This document shows, one piece after another, positions 17,012 through 27,209 of a stretch of DNA of 64,000 bases. The stretch is taken from contig CAVUZL010000008.1 in assembly GCA_963745875.1 (NCBI GenBank), positions 20,427 to 84,426 of the forward strand. The letters run 5' to 3'. How positions within the stretch are numbered: position 1 is the first letter of the stretch; every line of letters starts with the position of its first letter. Source of the DNA: an uncultured Acidobacteriota bacterium. Its GTDB lineage: Bacteria; Acidobacteriota; Vicinamibacteria; Vicinamibacterales; CAVVIG01. Below the pieces are notes generated by a model that saw only the letters and a program-made list of their open reading frames with translations, did no database searches and was not told where the DNA came from. A program made the translations under genes and the position numbers.

Positions 17012-18460
17012 TCAGCGCGGCTTGAGCGCCCCGCGAAGCTTGTCGGCAAGCGATCCGAAGCCGTCCGCCGGCGCCGAGTCCTCACGCGCTGCGTAGGCTC
17101 GCACCTCGTCGGCCTCCTGCGCATCCTTGATCGCCTTGATGCTGAGTCGAATGCGGCGGCCGGCCGGATCGGCCTCGAGTACGACGACATCGACGTCCGA
17201 GCCAACGGGAAACGCCTTGGCCACATCCGCTTCCCTCGGGATACCGGTTTCGCTCAACGGAATCAGACCGGTGCGCCCTGGCGCGAGGAACACGAACACG
17301 CCGAACTTCTCGTGACGCTCGATCTTGCCGGTGAGCCGTGCGCCGGCGGCGATGCCGGATGAAACCGGCGCCGCTCCGGCCGCGCGCGCCGAGCCTTCGG
17401 GAACAAGTGCCACGCCGATGCGTTTCTTGTCGATGTCGATGCTCAGGATCTCGAACGGCCCGGTCATCCCCGGCGTCACTGCCGCGGACCAGCCGTCCTT
17501 TCGCCCGGTGGGCGCGAAGGTCGAGGCGTGTGCGAGCGCTTCGACGCCTGGTTCGAGCTCCACGAACGCACCGAACTCGGTGAGACGGGTGACGCGACCG
17601 GTCCGCACATCGCCGACGTTGTAGGTCGCCGGAACGCTCGACCACGGATCGGCCATCAACTGTTTCAACCCGAGGGCGATCTTCTGCGTGCTCTCGTCAA
17701 CACGCAGCACCTTCACCGTGATCGCCTCGCCGGCCTTGAACATCGTCGACGGGTCCGAGACGCGGGACCAGCCCATCTCGGAGACGTGCAGCAGTCCCTG
17801 GACGCCGCCACCGAGATCGACAAAGGCGCCGAACTCGCGCACCGAAGCGACGCGACCGGTGATCACCGCGCCGGCGACGATCGACTGCCGCGCCTCGGCC
17901 GCCTGCGCCTTCTGCACCTCTTCGAGCAGCGCGCGCCGCGAGACGACGATGTTCCGGCCGCCTTCCTTGTATTCGATGATCCGGAACTCGTAGACGCGGC
18001 CTTCGTGGGCGGCCGGCTCGGTCCGCAGCGTATCGATTTGCGAGAACGGGCAGAAGGCGCGGAGGCCGGCGATGCGGACGTCGTATCCACCCTTCACGGC
18101 GCCTTCGACCTTGCCCTCGACCGGCAGGCCCGAGCGGTACGCGTCTTCCAACTGGCGAGCCGTAGCCGCGCCGCGAACCAGCTTGCGCGACAGTGTCAGC
18201 CCACCAACCGTGGAGACCACCGTCGCCTGGATTCGGTCGCCGACCGCGACTTCGAGTTCTCCGTCGGCGTTTTTCAGTTCGGCGAGCTCGATCGAGGCTT
18301 CGCCTTTGCCGCCGACATCGACGAACGCGACGTCTTTTCCAATCGCGACAATCCGGCCCTCCAGCGTCTGGCCCGACCCGAAGCGCTTCGCCTTCAGTGA
18401 GCTCTCGAACATCGCGGCGAAATCTTCGTCAGGCTCGCTCACGGCGCTCTCCTCGTCCAT
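17012..18460 (-). CDS. Multi-S1-domain RNA-binding protein (ribosomal protein S1-like)
   Basis: Intact 482-aa ORF with five to six repeats of the S1 pattern, e.g. 'GRIVAIGKDVAFVDVGGKGEA', 'GRVASVREFGAFVDLGGGVQGLLHVSEM', 'GRVTRLTEFGAFVELEPGVEALAH'. Confidence 0.9.
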   Translation of the reverse strand: MDEESAVSEPDEDFAAMFESSLKAKRFGSGQTLEGRIVAIGKDVAFVDVGGKGEASIELAELKNADGELEVAVGDRIQATVVSTVGGLTLSRKLVRGAATARQLEDAYRSGLPVEGKVEGAVKGGYDVRIAGLRAFCPFSQIDTLRTEPAAHEGRVYEFRIIEYKEGGRNIVVSRRALLEEVQKAQAAEARQSIVAGAVITGRVASVREFGAFVDLGGGVQGLLHVSEMGWSRVSDPSTMFKAGEAITVKVLRVDESTQKIALGLKQLMADPWSSVPATYNVGDVRTGRVTRLTEFGAFVELEPGVEALAHASTFAPTGRKDGWSAAVTPGMTGPFEILSIDIDKKRIGVALVPEGSARAAGAAPVSSGIAAGARLTGKIERHEKFGVFVFLAPGRTGLIPLSETGIPREADVAKAFPVGSDVDVVVLEADPAGRRIRLSIKAIKDAQEADEVRAYAAREDSAPADGFGSLADKLRGALKPR

Positions 18461-18479
18461 TGTTCAACACGAACACACC

Positions 18480-21400
18480 TCAAACGGTCACCAACATTTT
18501 CGCGTCGCGAAAATCCGGGGTGTCGAACCCCTCCGTGCACGACGTCACGAGTGCGGCCAGGTCCGCCTGAGCACCGGCGGGCCGTCCGACCTGCGCCGCA
18601 AACACTGCACGCGTCGTCGCCGCACGGAGTTCGAAGCCCCGCGCTTGCTGGTCTCGTGCGAGCAACACCGCGGTCGTCAAGAGATCGTCGATCGCGTCGG
18701 CCTCACTTGGCTCCGACGTTCCCTTCTGGATCCGAAGGTCAGCCGTCATCCTCAGAATCTCGGCCAGGTAGCAGCATTCGCCGGTCCGTTCGGCGACGCT
18801 TCGAGCGTCGCCGAGCGTTGCCAACGCCGCGTCGAGATGTCCCTGACGAGCCTGCGCGTCGGCAAGCAGCGCGAGAAAATTCGGCCGCACCAGGCTGATG
18901 CCGATGACGTCGGTGAACGCGATCGCCTGCCGGATCATCGCCTCCCCCTCTTCAGCGGCACCGGTCTGCGACAGCGCCCACCCGCGGAGGACTCGCGACC
19001 AGGCGCCGAGGTGCGGATACCCATATTGCTCGATCAGGCCGAGACTTTCGGCGGTCACACTGAGCACACCCTGGGGATCGCGCGCGTGCTGGCGTATCCA
19101 CGCCTCGAAGAACAACGCGAATGCCAGCATCAGCGGGTGATTCAGCTGCCGCGCTCGCGCAACGGTCGCGTCGATGCGGGCGCGCGCGCGATCGGGCCAG
19201 CCCAGCATCCACTCGACGCGCGCGCCCTGAAATCCGCATCCGAGACCGGCGTCGAACCCGGTCATGATCATGAAGCTGGCATGAAGTGCCGGATCGTAGA
19301 AGCTGCTGCCGCGATCGAGATGATGCAGCGCTTCAGCGAGTCCGCGGCCGAGGTGACCATGCAGCGTGCCGTACGACCACTCGGTCCAGATCGACATCAC
19401 CGGGTGACCGATCCGTTCCGACATCGACTGCATCTGATCGACGGATTGCTCCGTTCGACTCAGTTCGGCGCGCATCAAGTGAAACGCTCCGGTGCCGGTA
19501 ACGATGCCGAACAGATCGGGGTTTTCGCCGAGCTGATCGCACAGTACGTGCACACGGCGGAACGTCTCTTCGAGCTCAGGCGCCGCGTAACCGAGAACGT
19601 TCTGCGCCGGTAGCGCGATCGCCATCAGGTGCTGCAACTCACGCGGGATGCGTTCGGGTGTGGCCGGCAGCGACTGCAGCATCTCCATGCCACGGCGGGC
19701 CAGCGTCAGCGCTTCGCGGTCGGCAAACACCTGGCGCGCGCGTTCGGAGGCGATCAGGAAAAACTCGGCAGCTCGGGAAAAATCTCGAGCGCCTTCGAAC
19801 AGATACGCGAGTTCAGACGCCCGCGCATTCACCTGATCGCCATGAGCTGCGACGATCGCGGCTGCGACGGCAGCGCTCAGCGAGCCGCGGCGGCTCGGAC
19901 CGAGCGCCGTGTAGAGTGCGTTCTGGTAGAGCACGTGGACGAAACGGTAGCGAACCGACAGCGACCGATCGGGCAGCTCGACCTCGCGAACCGGCTGCAT
20001 CAGCCCATGCCGCTGGCAGAGCAGATCGAGCCGGTCCTCGACGTCAGCCTGATCGAGCGACAGCGCGCGCGACACGACGACCGAATCGAATTCGTAACCC
20101 TGAACCGCGCCAGCCGTCACCAGGCGACGATCGTTGTCCTCGAGACGGCCAATCTTCAGGTCGATCATGCTTCTGATCGAGGCCGGCATGTCGCGGTCGA
20201 TTTCCGATTCGGCCCGGGTGAGCCGCCACGCGCCGCCTTCCTCGCGAATCACCTGACGGTCGCGCAGGCTCCGCACCAGATCGCCCATGAACAGTGGATT
20301 GCCCTCGGTCCGGGCATGCACCCGCTTCGCGAACGACGCCGGCAACTGATGCCCTGGGAACTCGAGCCCCAGGTAGCGCTCGACGTCGGCTTCGCTCAGG
20401 AACCCGACATGCACGTCGCGACACAGACCGCGGCCTTCGAGCTCCAGCTTCAACGCCAGGAACGGATGACGGGCCAGTGTGAGATCCGTGGGCCGATAGG
20501 TGGCGACTACCAGCAAACGCATCGCGCCAAGCCGCGCTCCGAGATAGGCCAGCAGATCGACGGTCGACCCGTCAGCCCACTGCAAGTCGTCGAAAAACAG
20601 TACCAGCGGCCGGTGGCGTGACACTTCTTCCAGCAGCGCGACCACCTCGCGCTTCATCCACTCCTGCGATCCAGCGCGGTTGACGACGAGTGCCCGGGCC
20701 TCGGCCGACTCGTCTCCGGCCATCGGCGCGATCTGCGCGTACCAGGTCGGCGCGACGGTTTTCATCACCCGGGCGAGCGGCTGGCCGGTTTCGTCGCGCA
20801 TGGAATCGAGCGCCTCGAGCCATGGCAGATACGCTCCCGCTCCGGCTTGCCGCTCCGAGCATCGACCTCGCGCCACGAGGCAGCGGCGTCCCGACGAGAC
20901 CAGGTCCTGAATAAAATCTTCCGCCAGCGTCGTCTTGCCGATGCCTGGCTCACCGGACAAGGCGACGATGGCGCCCGCGCCACTGTCGGCGGCATCGAAC
21001 GCGTCGGCCAGAAGTGTCCGGGCGTTCTCGCGGCCGACGATATGGCGGACCGGCAATGGCGATGGACGGCGAATCGCGGCGGTTGCGCCACCGAACGCGG
21101 CGGCGAGCGCGCGATCGACGGCATCCGCGTCGGGACGGGCCCGCGGATCGCGCTCGAGCATCTGCAGAATCAGCGCATCGATCGACGCGGAGAGCTGTGG
21201 CGCGAATCGCGACGGCGGCGGCGGCTCCTCCGACATCATGCGTGCAACGATGCTCACGCCGTCTCCGGTTTGGCCGGCAGCGGCGAACGGATGGCGCCCG
21301 GTCGCGAGCTCGTAGAACACGAGTCCGAGCGCAAAGATGTCGGACGCGCTGTCCACGGCGATCCCGCGGGCTTGCTCGGGAGACATGTAAGCCACCGTCC

Positions 21401-21956
21401 CCACCACGAGCCCGCCGGGTCCCGTGATCGAGGCCGGACCGGCCTGAGTCAGCGTCGAGGCCTCGGAATCGATCTCCGGCTTGCTGGCGCGCGCGAGTCC
21501 AAAGTCCAGCACCTTGACGTATCCGTCGCCCCTCACCATGACGTTTTCCGGCTTGATATCGCGATGGACAATGCCCGCGGCGTGCGCCACGCCGAGTGCG
21601 CGGGCGACCTGCCGGCCGATATCGGCCCAGGTCTCGATGCCGGGAGTGGTGCGAAGAATGGCTCGGAGGGTGCGGCCCTCGATCATCTCCATCACGATAA
21701 ACGGGCCGGCGTCGCACTCGCCGAAGTCGAACACCGAAACGATGTTGGGATGGTTGAGAGCAGACGCGGCCTGGGCCTCGCGTGTGAAACGGTTGACGGC
21801 CGCTGGATCGCCCGCGGCGTCGGGATGGATCACTTTGATGGCGACATCACGCCCGAGCTTCCTGTCGCGCGCACGATAGACCTCTCCCATCCCGCCTGCG
21901 CCGAGCGTAGACAGAATTTCGTAGGAACCAAGACGAGCGCCAGCGGGCAGCGACAT
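18480..21956 (-). CDS. Ser/Thr protein kinase fused to an AAA/STAND NTPase and a TPR-like C-terminal region
   Basis: The ATG at 21956 ('MSLPAGARLGSYEIL') is the likely start. Kinase motifs are 'GAGGMGEVYRA', 'VAIKVI', 'HRDIKPENVMV', 'DFGLA' and 'YMSPEQ'. The P-loop 'LSGEPGIGKTTLAE' is followed by about 600 aa of helical repeats. Confidence 0.9.
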   Translation of the reverse strand: MSLPAGARLGSYEILSTLGAGGMGEVYRARDRKLGRDVAIKVIHPDAAGDPAAVNRFTREAQAASALNHPNIVSVFDFGECDAGPFIVMEMIEGRTLRAILRTTPGIETWADIGRQVARALGVAHAAGIVHRDIKPENVMVRGDGYVKVLDFGLARASKPEIDSEASTLTQAGPASITGPGGLVVGTVAYMSPEQARGIAVDSASDIFALGLVFYELATGRHPFAAAGQTGDGVSIVARMMSEEPPPPSRFAPQLSASIDALILQMLERDPRARPDADAVDRALAAAFGGATAAIRRPSPLPVRHIVGRENARTLLADAFDAADSGAGAIVALSGEPGIGKTTLAEDFIQDLVSSGRRCLVARGRCSERQAGAGAYLPWLEALDSMRDETGQPLARVMKTVAPTWYAQIAPMAGDESAEARALVVNRAGSQEWMKREVVALLEEVSRHRPLVLFFDDLQWADGSTVDLLAYLGARLGAMRLLVVATYRPTDLTLARHPFLALKLELEGRGLCRDVHVGFLSEADVERYLGLEFPGHQLPASFAKRVHARTEGNPLFMGDLVRSLRDRQVIREEGGAWRLTRAESEIDRDMPASIRSMIDLKIGRLEDNDRRLVTAGAVQGYEFDSVVVSRALSLDQADVEDRLDLLCQRHGLMQPVREVELPDRSLSVRYRFVHVLYQNALYTALGPSRRGSLSAAVAAAIVAAHGDQVNARASELAYLFEGARDFSRAAEFFLIASERARQVFADREALTLARRGMEMLQSLPATPERIPRELQHLMAIALPAQNVLGYAAPELEETFRRVHVLCDQLGENPDLFGIVTGTGAFHLMRAELSRTEQSVDQMQSMSERIGHPVMSIWTEWSYGTLHGHLGRGLAEALHHLDRGSSFYDPALHASFMIMTGFDAGLGCGFQGARVEWMLGWPDRARARIDATVARARQLNHPLMLAFALFFEAWIRQHARDPQGVLSVTAESLGLIEQYGYPHLGAWSRVLRGWALSQTGAAEEGEAMIRQAIAFTDVIGISLVRPNFLALLADAQARQGHLDAALATLGDARSVAERTGECCYLAEILRMTADLRIQKGTSEPSEADAIDDLLTTAVLLARDQQARGFELRAATTRAVFAAQVGRPAGAQADLAALVTSCTEGFDTPDFRDAKMLVTV

Positions 21957-22006
21957 GGAAAGGTTGCTGGCAATTATACCGGCGGCGGTTGAGCAGGGCT
22001 CGGGCC

Positions 22007-23590
22007 ATGGGTACGATTCGGTCGCTTCCTCATCGATTAGACACAACTGCGTCTGGGAAACAGCACTGGATTCCGCCGGCCGCGACGACTAGACTGACCG
22101 GCATTCCCGTGTCCGATCGCGATGTCTTCGACGCCATCATCCTCGGCGGTGGGCCGGCCGGCTCCTCCGCCGCGCGGCTGCTGAGCGCCTGGGGGCATTC
22201 AGTCCTGCTGCTCGACATGCCCGGCGCCCCTTCGCGGGGGCTTGCCGAGTCGCTTCCGCCCAGCACGCAAAAGTTACTGGCGCAAATCGGCGTGCTCGAT
22301 GCCGTCGAGCAAGCGGGATTCTTTCGTGCGACCGGCAACACCGTCTGGTGGGCGTCGCGCGATCGCCGAACCGAATCGTTCGGCGCAGCGCGGCAGGCCG
22401 AGGGCTATCAGGTTCACCGCACGGAATTCGATCGTGTCCTTCGAGGCTGTGCGCGCGACGCCGGTGCCGAGGTGCGGACCGCGGCTCGGGTGCGCGACGT
22501 CCGATTGCTCGAGGATCAGCTCGCGATCGTGGCCTACGACGAAGACGGACGGCGCCAGTCAGCGTCGTGCCGTTTTGTGCTCGACTGCTCCGGCCGGACC
22601 GGCCTTGTCGGCCGTCGATTCCGCCGACTCGAAAGCGGCTACCGGACGTCGGCGTTCGTCGGCGTCTGGCACAGGCCGGACGGCTGGCCGCTCCCCGACG
22701 ACACCCACACCATCGTCGAAACCTACGACGAGGGGTGGATGTGGTCGGTGCCGACCTCGAAAACGACCAGACACGTCGGCGCGATGATCGATCGATCGTC
22801 GCCGACCGCGTCCGGCGGGCGCGGGCTCGAGCGCGTGTATCGCGCCGAAACGGCGAAGGCGACGAACCTCGCGGCTCTGCTCGAGCACGCGACGCTCGAG
22901 CGCGTCTGGACGTGCGACGCGTCGCTCTATGCGTCCATGCAGTACGCCGGGTCGCAGTTCCTGCTGGTGGGCGATGCCGGGTCGTTCATCGATCCGCTCT
23001 CGTCGTTCGGCGTCAAGAAGGCGCTGGCGTCGGCGTGGATCGGTGCGATTGCCGCCCACACGAGCCTGACCGATCCGGATCGGCACGACGTGGCCATGCG
23101 GTTCTTCTCGGACTGGGAGCGGGATGTCTACGCGAAGCACCTGAACCGCTCGCGTCAGTTCGCGCGCGACGCCTACGTGCGCCATCCGCATCCGTTCTGG
23201 GCGTCACGTGCGGCAGTCCACGGCGAGCCGGATCGCGAGGTTCACGAGAACGAATCGTGGCGCCCCGCCGTTCTGGCGGCGTTCGAACGCTTCAAGCAGG
23301 CGCCGTCGATTCACCTGGCGCTCGCGGACGAGGTCCGGTTTGAATTGCGCCCCGTGATCCGCGACCACGAAATCGTCCTGGAAGAGGCGCTGGTTGCGCC
23401 GGCGAATGAGGCGTTGCGGTTTCTGGGCAACGTCGACCTGGTCAAGCTGGCCGGCATCGCCTGCCGTCATACCGATGTTCCTGACGTGTTCGAGGATTAC
23501 TGCCGGACGTGTGCAGCCGTGCCGCTGCCAAACGTGATGTCCGGACTGTCACTGCTGGTCGCCAGAGGGATTCTCCATGAGCGAGCGTAA
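22007..23590 (+). CDS. qhpG: FAD-dependent monooxygenase QhpG (quinohemoprotein amine dehydrogenase maturation); start uncertain (ATG 22007 or GTG 22109)
   Basis: The dinucleotide-binding motif 'DAIILGGGPAGSSAARLL' lies close to the N-terminus, and the fold is flavoprotein-hydroxylase-like. The stop overlaps the qhpA start. The assignment rests on operon context with qhpADCBFE. Confidence 0.8.
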   Translation: MGTIRSLPHRLDTTASGKQHWIPPAATTRLTGIPVSDRDVFDAIILGGGPAGSSAARLLSAWGHSVLLLDMPGAPSRGLAESLPPSTQKLLAQIGVLDAVEQAGFFRATGNTVWWASRDRRTESFGAARQAEGYQVHRTEFDRVLRGCARDAGAEVRTAARVRDVRLLEDQLAIVAYDEDGRRQSASCRFVLDCSGRTGLVGRRFRRLESGYRTSAFVGVWHRPDGWPLPDDTHTIVETYDEGWMWSVPTSKTTRHVGAMIDRSSPTASGGRGLERVYRAETAKATNLAALLEHATLERVWTCDASLYASMQYAGSQFLLVGDAGSFIDPLSSFGVKKALASAWIGAIAAHTSLTDPDRHDVAMRFFSDWERDVYAKHLNRSRQFARDAYVRHPHPFWASRAAVHGEPDREVHENESWRPAVLAAFERFKQAPSIHLALADEVRFELRPVIRDHEIVLEEALVAPANEALRFLGNVDLVKLAGIACRHTDVPDVFEDYCRTCAAVPLPNVMSGLSLLVARGILHERA

Positions 23591-25361
23591 GACGATGGTC
23601 AGACGGCTCGGGACAGTCTGTTTCGTGGGCCTGGTGTGGTTATGTGCGCCGGCACAGGGACGGGCTCAGACGCCGGCGGAGGCTGCCAAGGACGAGGGCT
23701 TTCCGATCCAGAGCGATCTTGTGCGATCCAAGTGCGGCTCCTGCCACCGCAGCGACGACAAAGGCCGGATGTCGCGCATCTCGTACCGGCGCGCGACGCC
23801 CGAGAACTGGGAACGAACCATCCGGCGGATGGTGACGCTCAACCACGCGGTGCTCGAGCCGGCCGACGCGCGCAACATTCTCAAGTACCTGTCGGACCAT
23901 CAGGGCCTCGCGCCTGAGGAAGATCGGCCGATCGCGTTCGATGCCGAACGCCGCACGATCGAGTACTCCTACACGGCCGATAAGGACACCGCCGATACCT
24001 GCGGTTCGTGCCACTCGATGGCGCGCGTGCTCAGCGAACGGCGCACCAAGGAAGAGTGGGAGCTGCTGGTCGCCATGCATCGCGGCTATTACCCGCTCGT
24101 GGACAACCAGCCGATGAACGGCGGTCAGGGATTCCGGCGCACGCGACCGATCTCGACCGAGCCGGACGCGGACGGCCATCCGCCGGACAATCGTCATCCG
24201 ATGGACAAGGCGCTGGCGCACATCGAGAAAACACTCCCGCTGATGACTCCGGAGTGGTCAGCGTGGGCGGCCGCGATGCAACCGCCGAAGCTGGCGGGGC
24301 GCTGGGCGATTAGCGGATCGCAGAATGGCCGCGGACCGATTTACGGCCAGTTCACCATCGCCGCAGATCCTGGCGCGCCCGACAGCTTCACCACCACCAT
24401 CAGATACGTCGTCGCGCGCACCGGCGAAACAGTGACCCGCACCGGCAAGGGCCTGGTCTACACAGGCTACCAGTGGCGCGGGCGCGGGTCGGCGGGGAGC
24501 GGCCCCTCGACCGGCCCAGGGTCGTCCCGATCCGAATCGAAAGACGATGCTTGGCGCGAGGTGATGTCGGTCGAGCGCGACTGGAGCGAAATGTCGGGAC
24601 GCTGGTTTACCGGCGCCTACGACGAGACCGGCATCGACGTGAAGCTGACGCGCCTGAGCAACGACCCGATCGTCCTCGGCGCCAGCGTGACGGCGCTGAA
24701 GACCGGCGCTTCGGGTCAGGTGGTGCGAATCTTCGGCGCGAATCTGCCGACGGCAGCGCGTCCCGAGGACATCGGCCTCGGTCCCGGCGTGACGATCGCG
24801 CGGGTGGTCACAGCGCTGCCTGATGAAACGACTGTCGAGGTGAACGTCGCCGCCACGGCGCCGATCGGCGCCCGCGATCTCTCGGTCGGCGGCACCAGGA
24901 AGGCCGCGGCGCTGGTCGTGTACGACAAGATCGACGGCATCAAAGTCCTCCCGCAAGCCGGCATGGCGCGCGTCGGCGGCAACGTCTTTCCGAAGCAGCT
25001 GCAGCAGTTCGAGGCGGTCGGGATCAACAACGGTCCGGACGGCAAGCCGGATACGGCTGACGATCTGAATCTCGGCCTGGTCACGGTGAAGTGGTCGGTC
25101 GAGGAGTACACCGCCACGTTCGGAGACGATGATGCGCAGTTTGTGGGGACGGTGGACGCCAACGGTCTGTTCACACCGAACGTGGACGGACCGAATCCGA
25201 AACGCAGCGGCAATCGCAACAACATCGGTGACGTCTGGGTGGTCGCCGAGCTGACCAGTCCGGACGCGCGACTGACTTCACGGCCGTTGCGCGCGCGCGC
25301 GCAACTGCTGGTGACGGTTCCGATTTACATGGCGTGGTTCGAGAGCGAGAGTGGCAAATGA
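23577..25361 (+). CDS. qhpA: Quinohemoprotein amine dehydrogenase alpha subunit (di-haem c)
   Basis: 594 aa with the signal peptide 'VCFVGLVWLCAPAQGRAQT'. It has two CxxCH motifs ('SKCGSCHRSDD', 'DTCGSCHSMAR') in the N-terminal third, then Ig-like beta domains. It is ATGA-coupled to qhpD. Confidence 0.9.
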   Translation: MSERKTMVRRLGTVCFVGLVWLCAPAQGRAQTPAEAAKDEGFPIQSDLVRSKCGSCHRSDDKGRMSRISYRRATPENWERTIRRMVTLNHAVLEPADARNILKYLSDHQGLAPEEDRPIAFDAERRTIEYSYTADKDTADTCGSCHSMARVLSERRTKEEWELLVAMHRGYYPLVDNQPMNGGQGFRRTRPISTEPDADGHPPDNRHPMDKALAHIEKTLPLMTPEWSAWAAAMQPPKLAGRWAISGSQNGRGPIYGQFTIAADPGAPDSFTTTIRYVVARTGETVTRTGKGLVYTGYQWRGRGSAGSGPSTGPGSSRSESKDDAWREVMSVERDWSEMSGRWFTGAYDETGIDVKLTRLSNDPIVLGASVTALKTGASGQVVRIFGANLPTAARPEDIGLGPGVTIARVVTALPDETTVEVNVAATAPIGARDLSVGGTRKAAALVVYDKIDGIKVLPQAGMARVGGNVFPKQLQQFEAVGINNGPDGKPDTADDLNLGLVTVKWSVEEYTATFGDDDAQFVGTVDANGLFTPNVDGPNPKRSGNRNNIGDVWVVAELTSPDARLTSRPLRARAQLLVTVPIYMAWFESESGK

Positions 25362-26828
25362 GCACATGGGTCGCGCGTGAACATCACCGCTTCGAGGCCG
25401 CCGGCAAACCGTTCGTGTATCTGGTGCCGAGCGCCGCGATTTTCGCGCTCGATGACGCCGCCGATTCCGTCCTGCGAACGCTGTCGGCGAGGCCGTACAC
25501 GCGCGAGGAATTGTCGATCGCGCTCGGCGAGGACCTGAGCGCGGCTTCATCCTTGACTGCCGGCGCGCTCGACGCGGCAATCGCGGAGCTGGCGCGCGTG
25601 CAGGCGATCGGTCCAGCTGCCGTCCCGGCACCGCCAACGCCCAAGGTGATTCCGCTCACGCCTTTCCCGTTGACCACAATGGTGCTGAACGTCACCAATC
25701 AGTGCAATCTGAGCTGCACCTACTGCTACGAGTACGGCGAGGACAAGATTGTCGATACGGAAAACGGCAAGCAGCCGAAGTTCATGAGTGAGCAGACCGC
25801 GCGAGAGAGCGTGGACTTCATGTTGAAGGAGTCGGGCGCCAACCGGCTCGCGCACATCACCTTCTTCGGCGGCGAGACGCTTTTGAACTTCCCGGTGCTG
25901 CAGAAGACGATCACCTACGCACGTCAGCGGGCGGCCGAGGTCGGCAAGGACGTCGACTTCAGCCTGACCACCAACGCGACGCTGCTCAGACCCGAGATCA
26001 TCGAGTTCCTCGCCGAAGAACGCGTCGGCGTCACGATTTCGATCGACGGTCCGAAGGAAGTTCAGGACAAGTTCCGTGTCTTCAACAACGGAACCGGCAG
26101 CTACGACATCGTCGCTCCCAAGATCAAGGAGCTGATTCGCCGCCATCGCAGTCGCCCGATCGGCGCCCGCGTCACCCTGACCTCTGGAAAGATGGACGTC
26201 AAGCGGATCTATCAGCACCTCACCGAAGAGATCGGCTTCTGGGAAGTCGGGTTCGCGCCGGTCACGACCTCGCCGCAGCGCGCGCACGCGATTTCGGAGG
26301 GCTGGCTACGACGAGATGCTCGGTCAGTTCCGCGACCTTGCGTTCGAGTTTCTCGAAACCACCGTCGCCGGCCGTCACCACGGGTTCTCGAACGTGAAGG
26401 AAACGCTCGAGGAGCTGCACAAGGGAGTCAGCAAGGCGTTCCCGTGCGGGGCCGGCCTCGGATTGCTTGGCGTGGCGACCGACGGCGACGTCGCGCTCTG
26501 TCATCGCTTCGCTGGATCCGATTCGCACCGGCTCGGCACCGTCACGTCGGGCATCGATCGCGAAGCGCAACAGGCATTTCTCGCGGAGCACCACGTCGCC
26601 AACAAGACCGACTGCCGCTCCTGCTGGGCGCGGCCGCTCTGTTCGGGCGGCTGCTATCACGAGGCGCACACGCGCTACGGCGATACCACCCACGCCAACC
26701 TGCACTACTGCAACTGGATTCGCGGCTGGACCGACGTCTGTCTCCAGGTCTACGGAGAATTGGCGGCGCGCAATCCAGCGTTTCTCGCTCAGTTCGATCA
26801 CGAAGATACGAAGGAGCTCGTGTCATGA
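25358..26828 (+). CDS. qhpD: Radical SAM/SPASM maturase QhpD (forms the thioether crosslinks in QhpC); frame broken near 26300
   Basis: The radical SAM motif is 'NQCNLSCTYCYEYG'. The N-terminal part ends at 'SPQRAHAISEG' and the +1 frame continues 'GYDEMLGQFRDLAFEF...', carrying the SPASM cysteines 'CRSCWARPLCSGGCYHEA' (ORF 26316..26828). The 621-aa tracked ORF 25334..27199 is an artefactual fusion with qhpC. Confidence 0.9.
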
Positions 26829-27199
26829 ACCATCTGAAGGCGATCAACACGAAAGCGGTCCGCGTCGAAGAGGCGACACTTCCACACGCTCCGGGCGGCC
26901 ACGAGTCAGGCGAAGGTGCCGGCGATCAGGACGTCGTCGCGCTGCAGCGCACCGGGTTGCCGCAGCTGCCGCATTTTCCGGTCGGCTGCTCGCTGGTCTT
27001 CTCTCCGGGCTGGGAAGCGGATCACACCGGCGGCACCGCTGGGTTGTGCCAGCCGGTCGAGCGCGATCTGTTCGACTGCCATATCGGGTGTTACTGGCCG
27101 GCGCAGGTACCGGACCAGCTGAATCACGCGCCGGACTGGACCGCCAAGTGTGCCGCTGCCCAGAAAGACTGGCGCAAGATCGATCTCATCTTCCCGTAG
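26825..27199 (+). CDS. qhpC: Quinohemoprotein amine dehydrogenase gamma-subunit precursor (CTQ and thioether-crosslinked peptide)
   Basis: 124 aa, with an ATG overlapping the qhpD stop. The core is 'PHFPVGCSLVFSPGWEADHTGGTAGLCQPVERDLFDCHIGCYWPAQVPDQLN...DWRKIDLIFP'. Its Cys, Glu, Asp and Trp spacing equals that recalled for Paracoccus QhpC (C7-E16, C27-D33, C37/W43, C41-D49). Confidence 0.9.
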   Translation: MNHLKAINTKAVRVEEATLPHAPGGHESGEGAGDQDVVALQRTGLPQLPHFPVGCSLVFSPGWEADHTGGTAGLCQPVERDLFDCHIGCYWPAQVPDQLNHAPDWTAKCAAAQKDWRKIDLIFP

Positions 27200-27209
27200 C
27201 GAGGACGGT

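Noticed and set aside
25334-27199. 621-aa ORF that appears to fuse the radical SAM enzyme to QhpC
   Set aside because: The middle roughly 175 codons are out-of-frame junk caused by the break near 26300. The SPASM domain lies in ORF 26316..26828, and QhpC has its own ATG at 26825.
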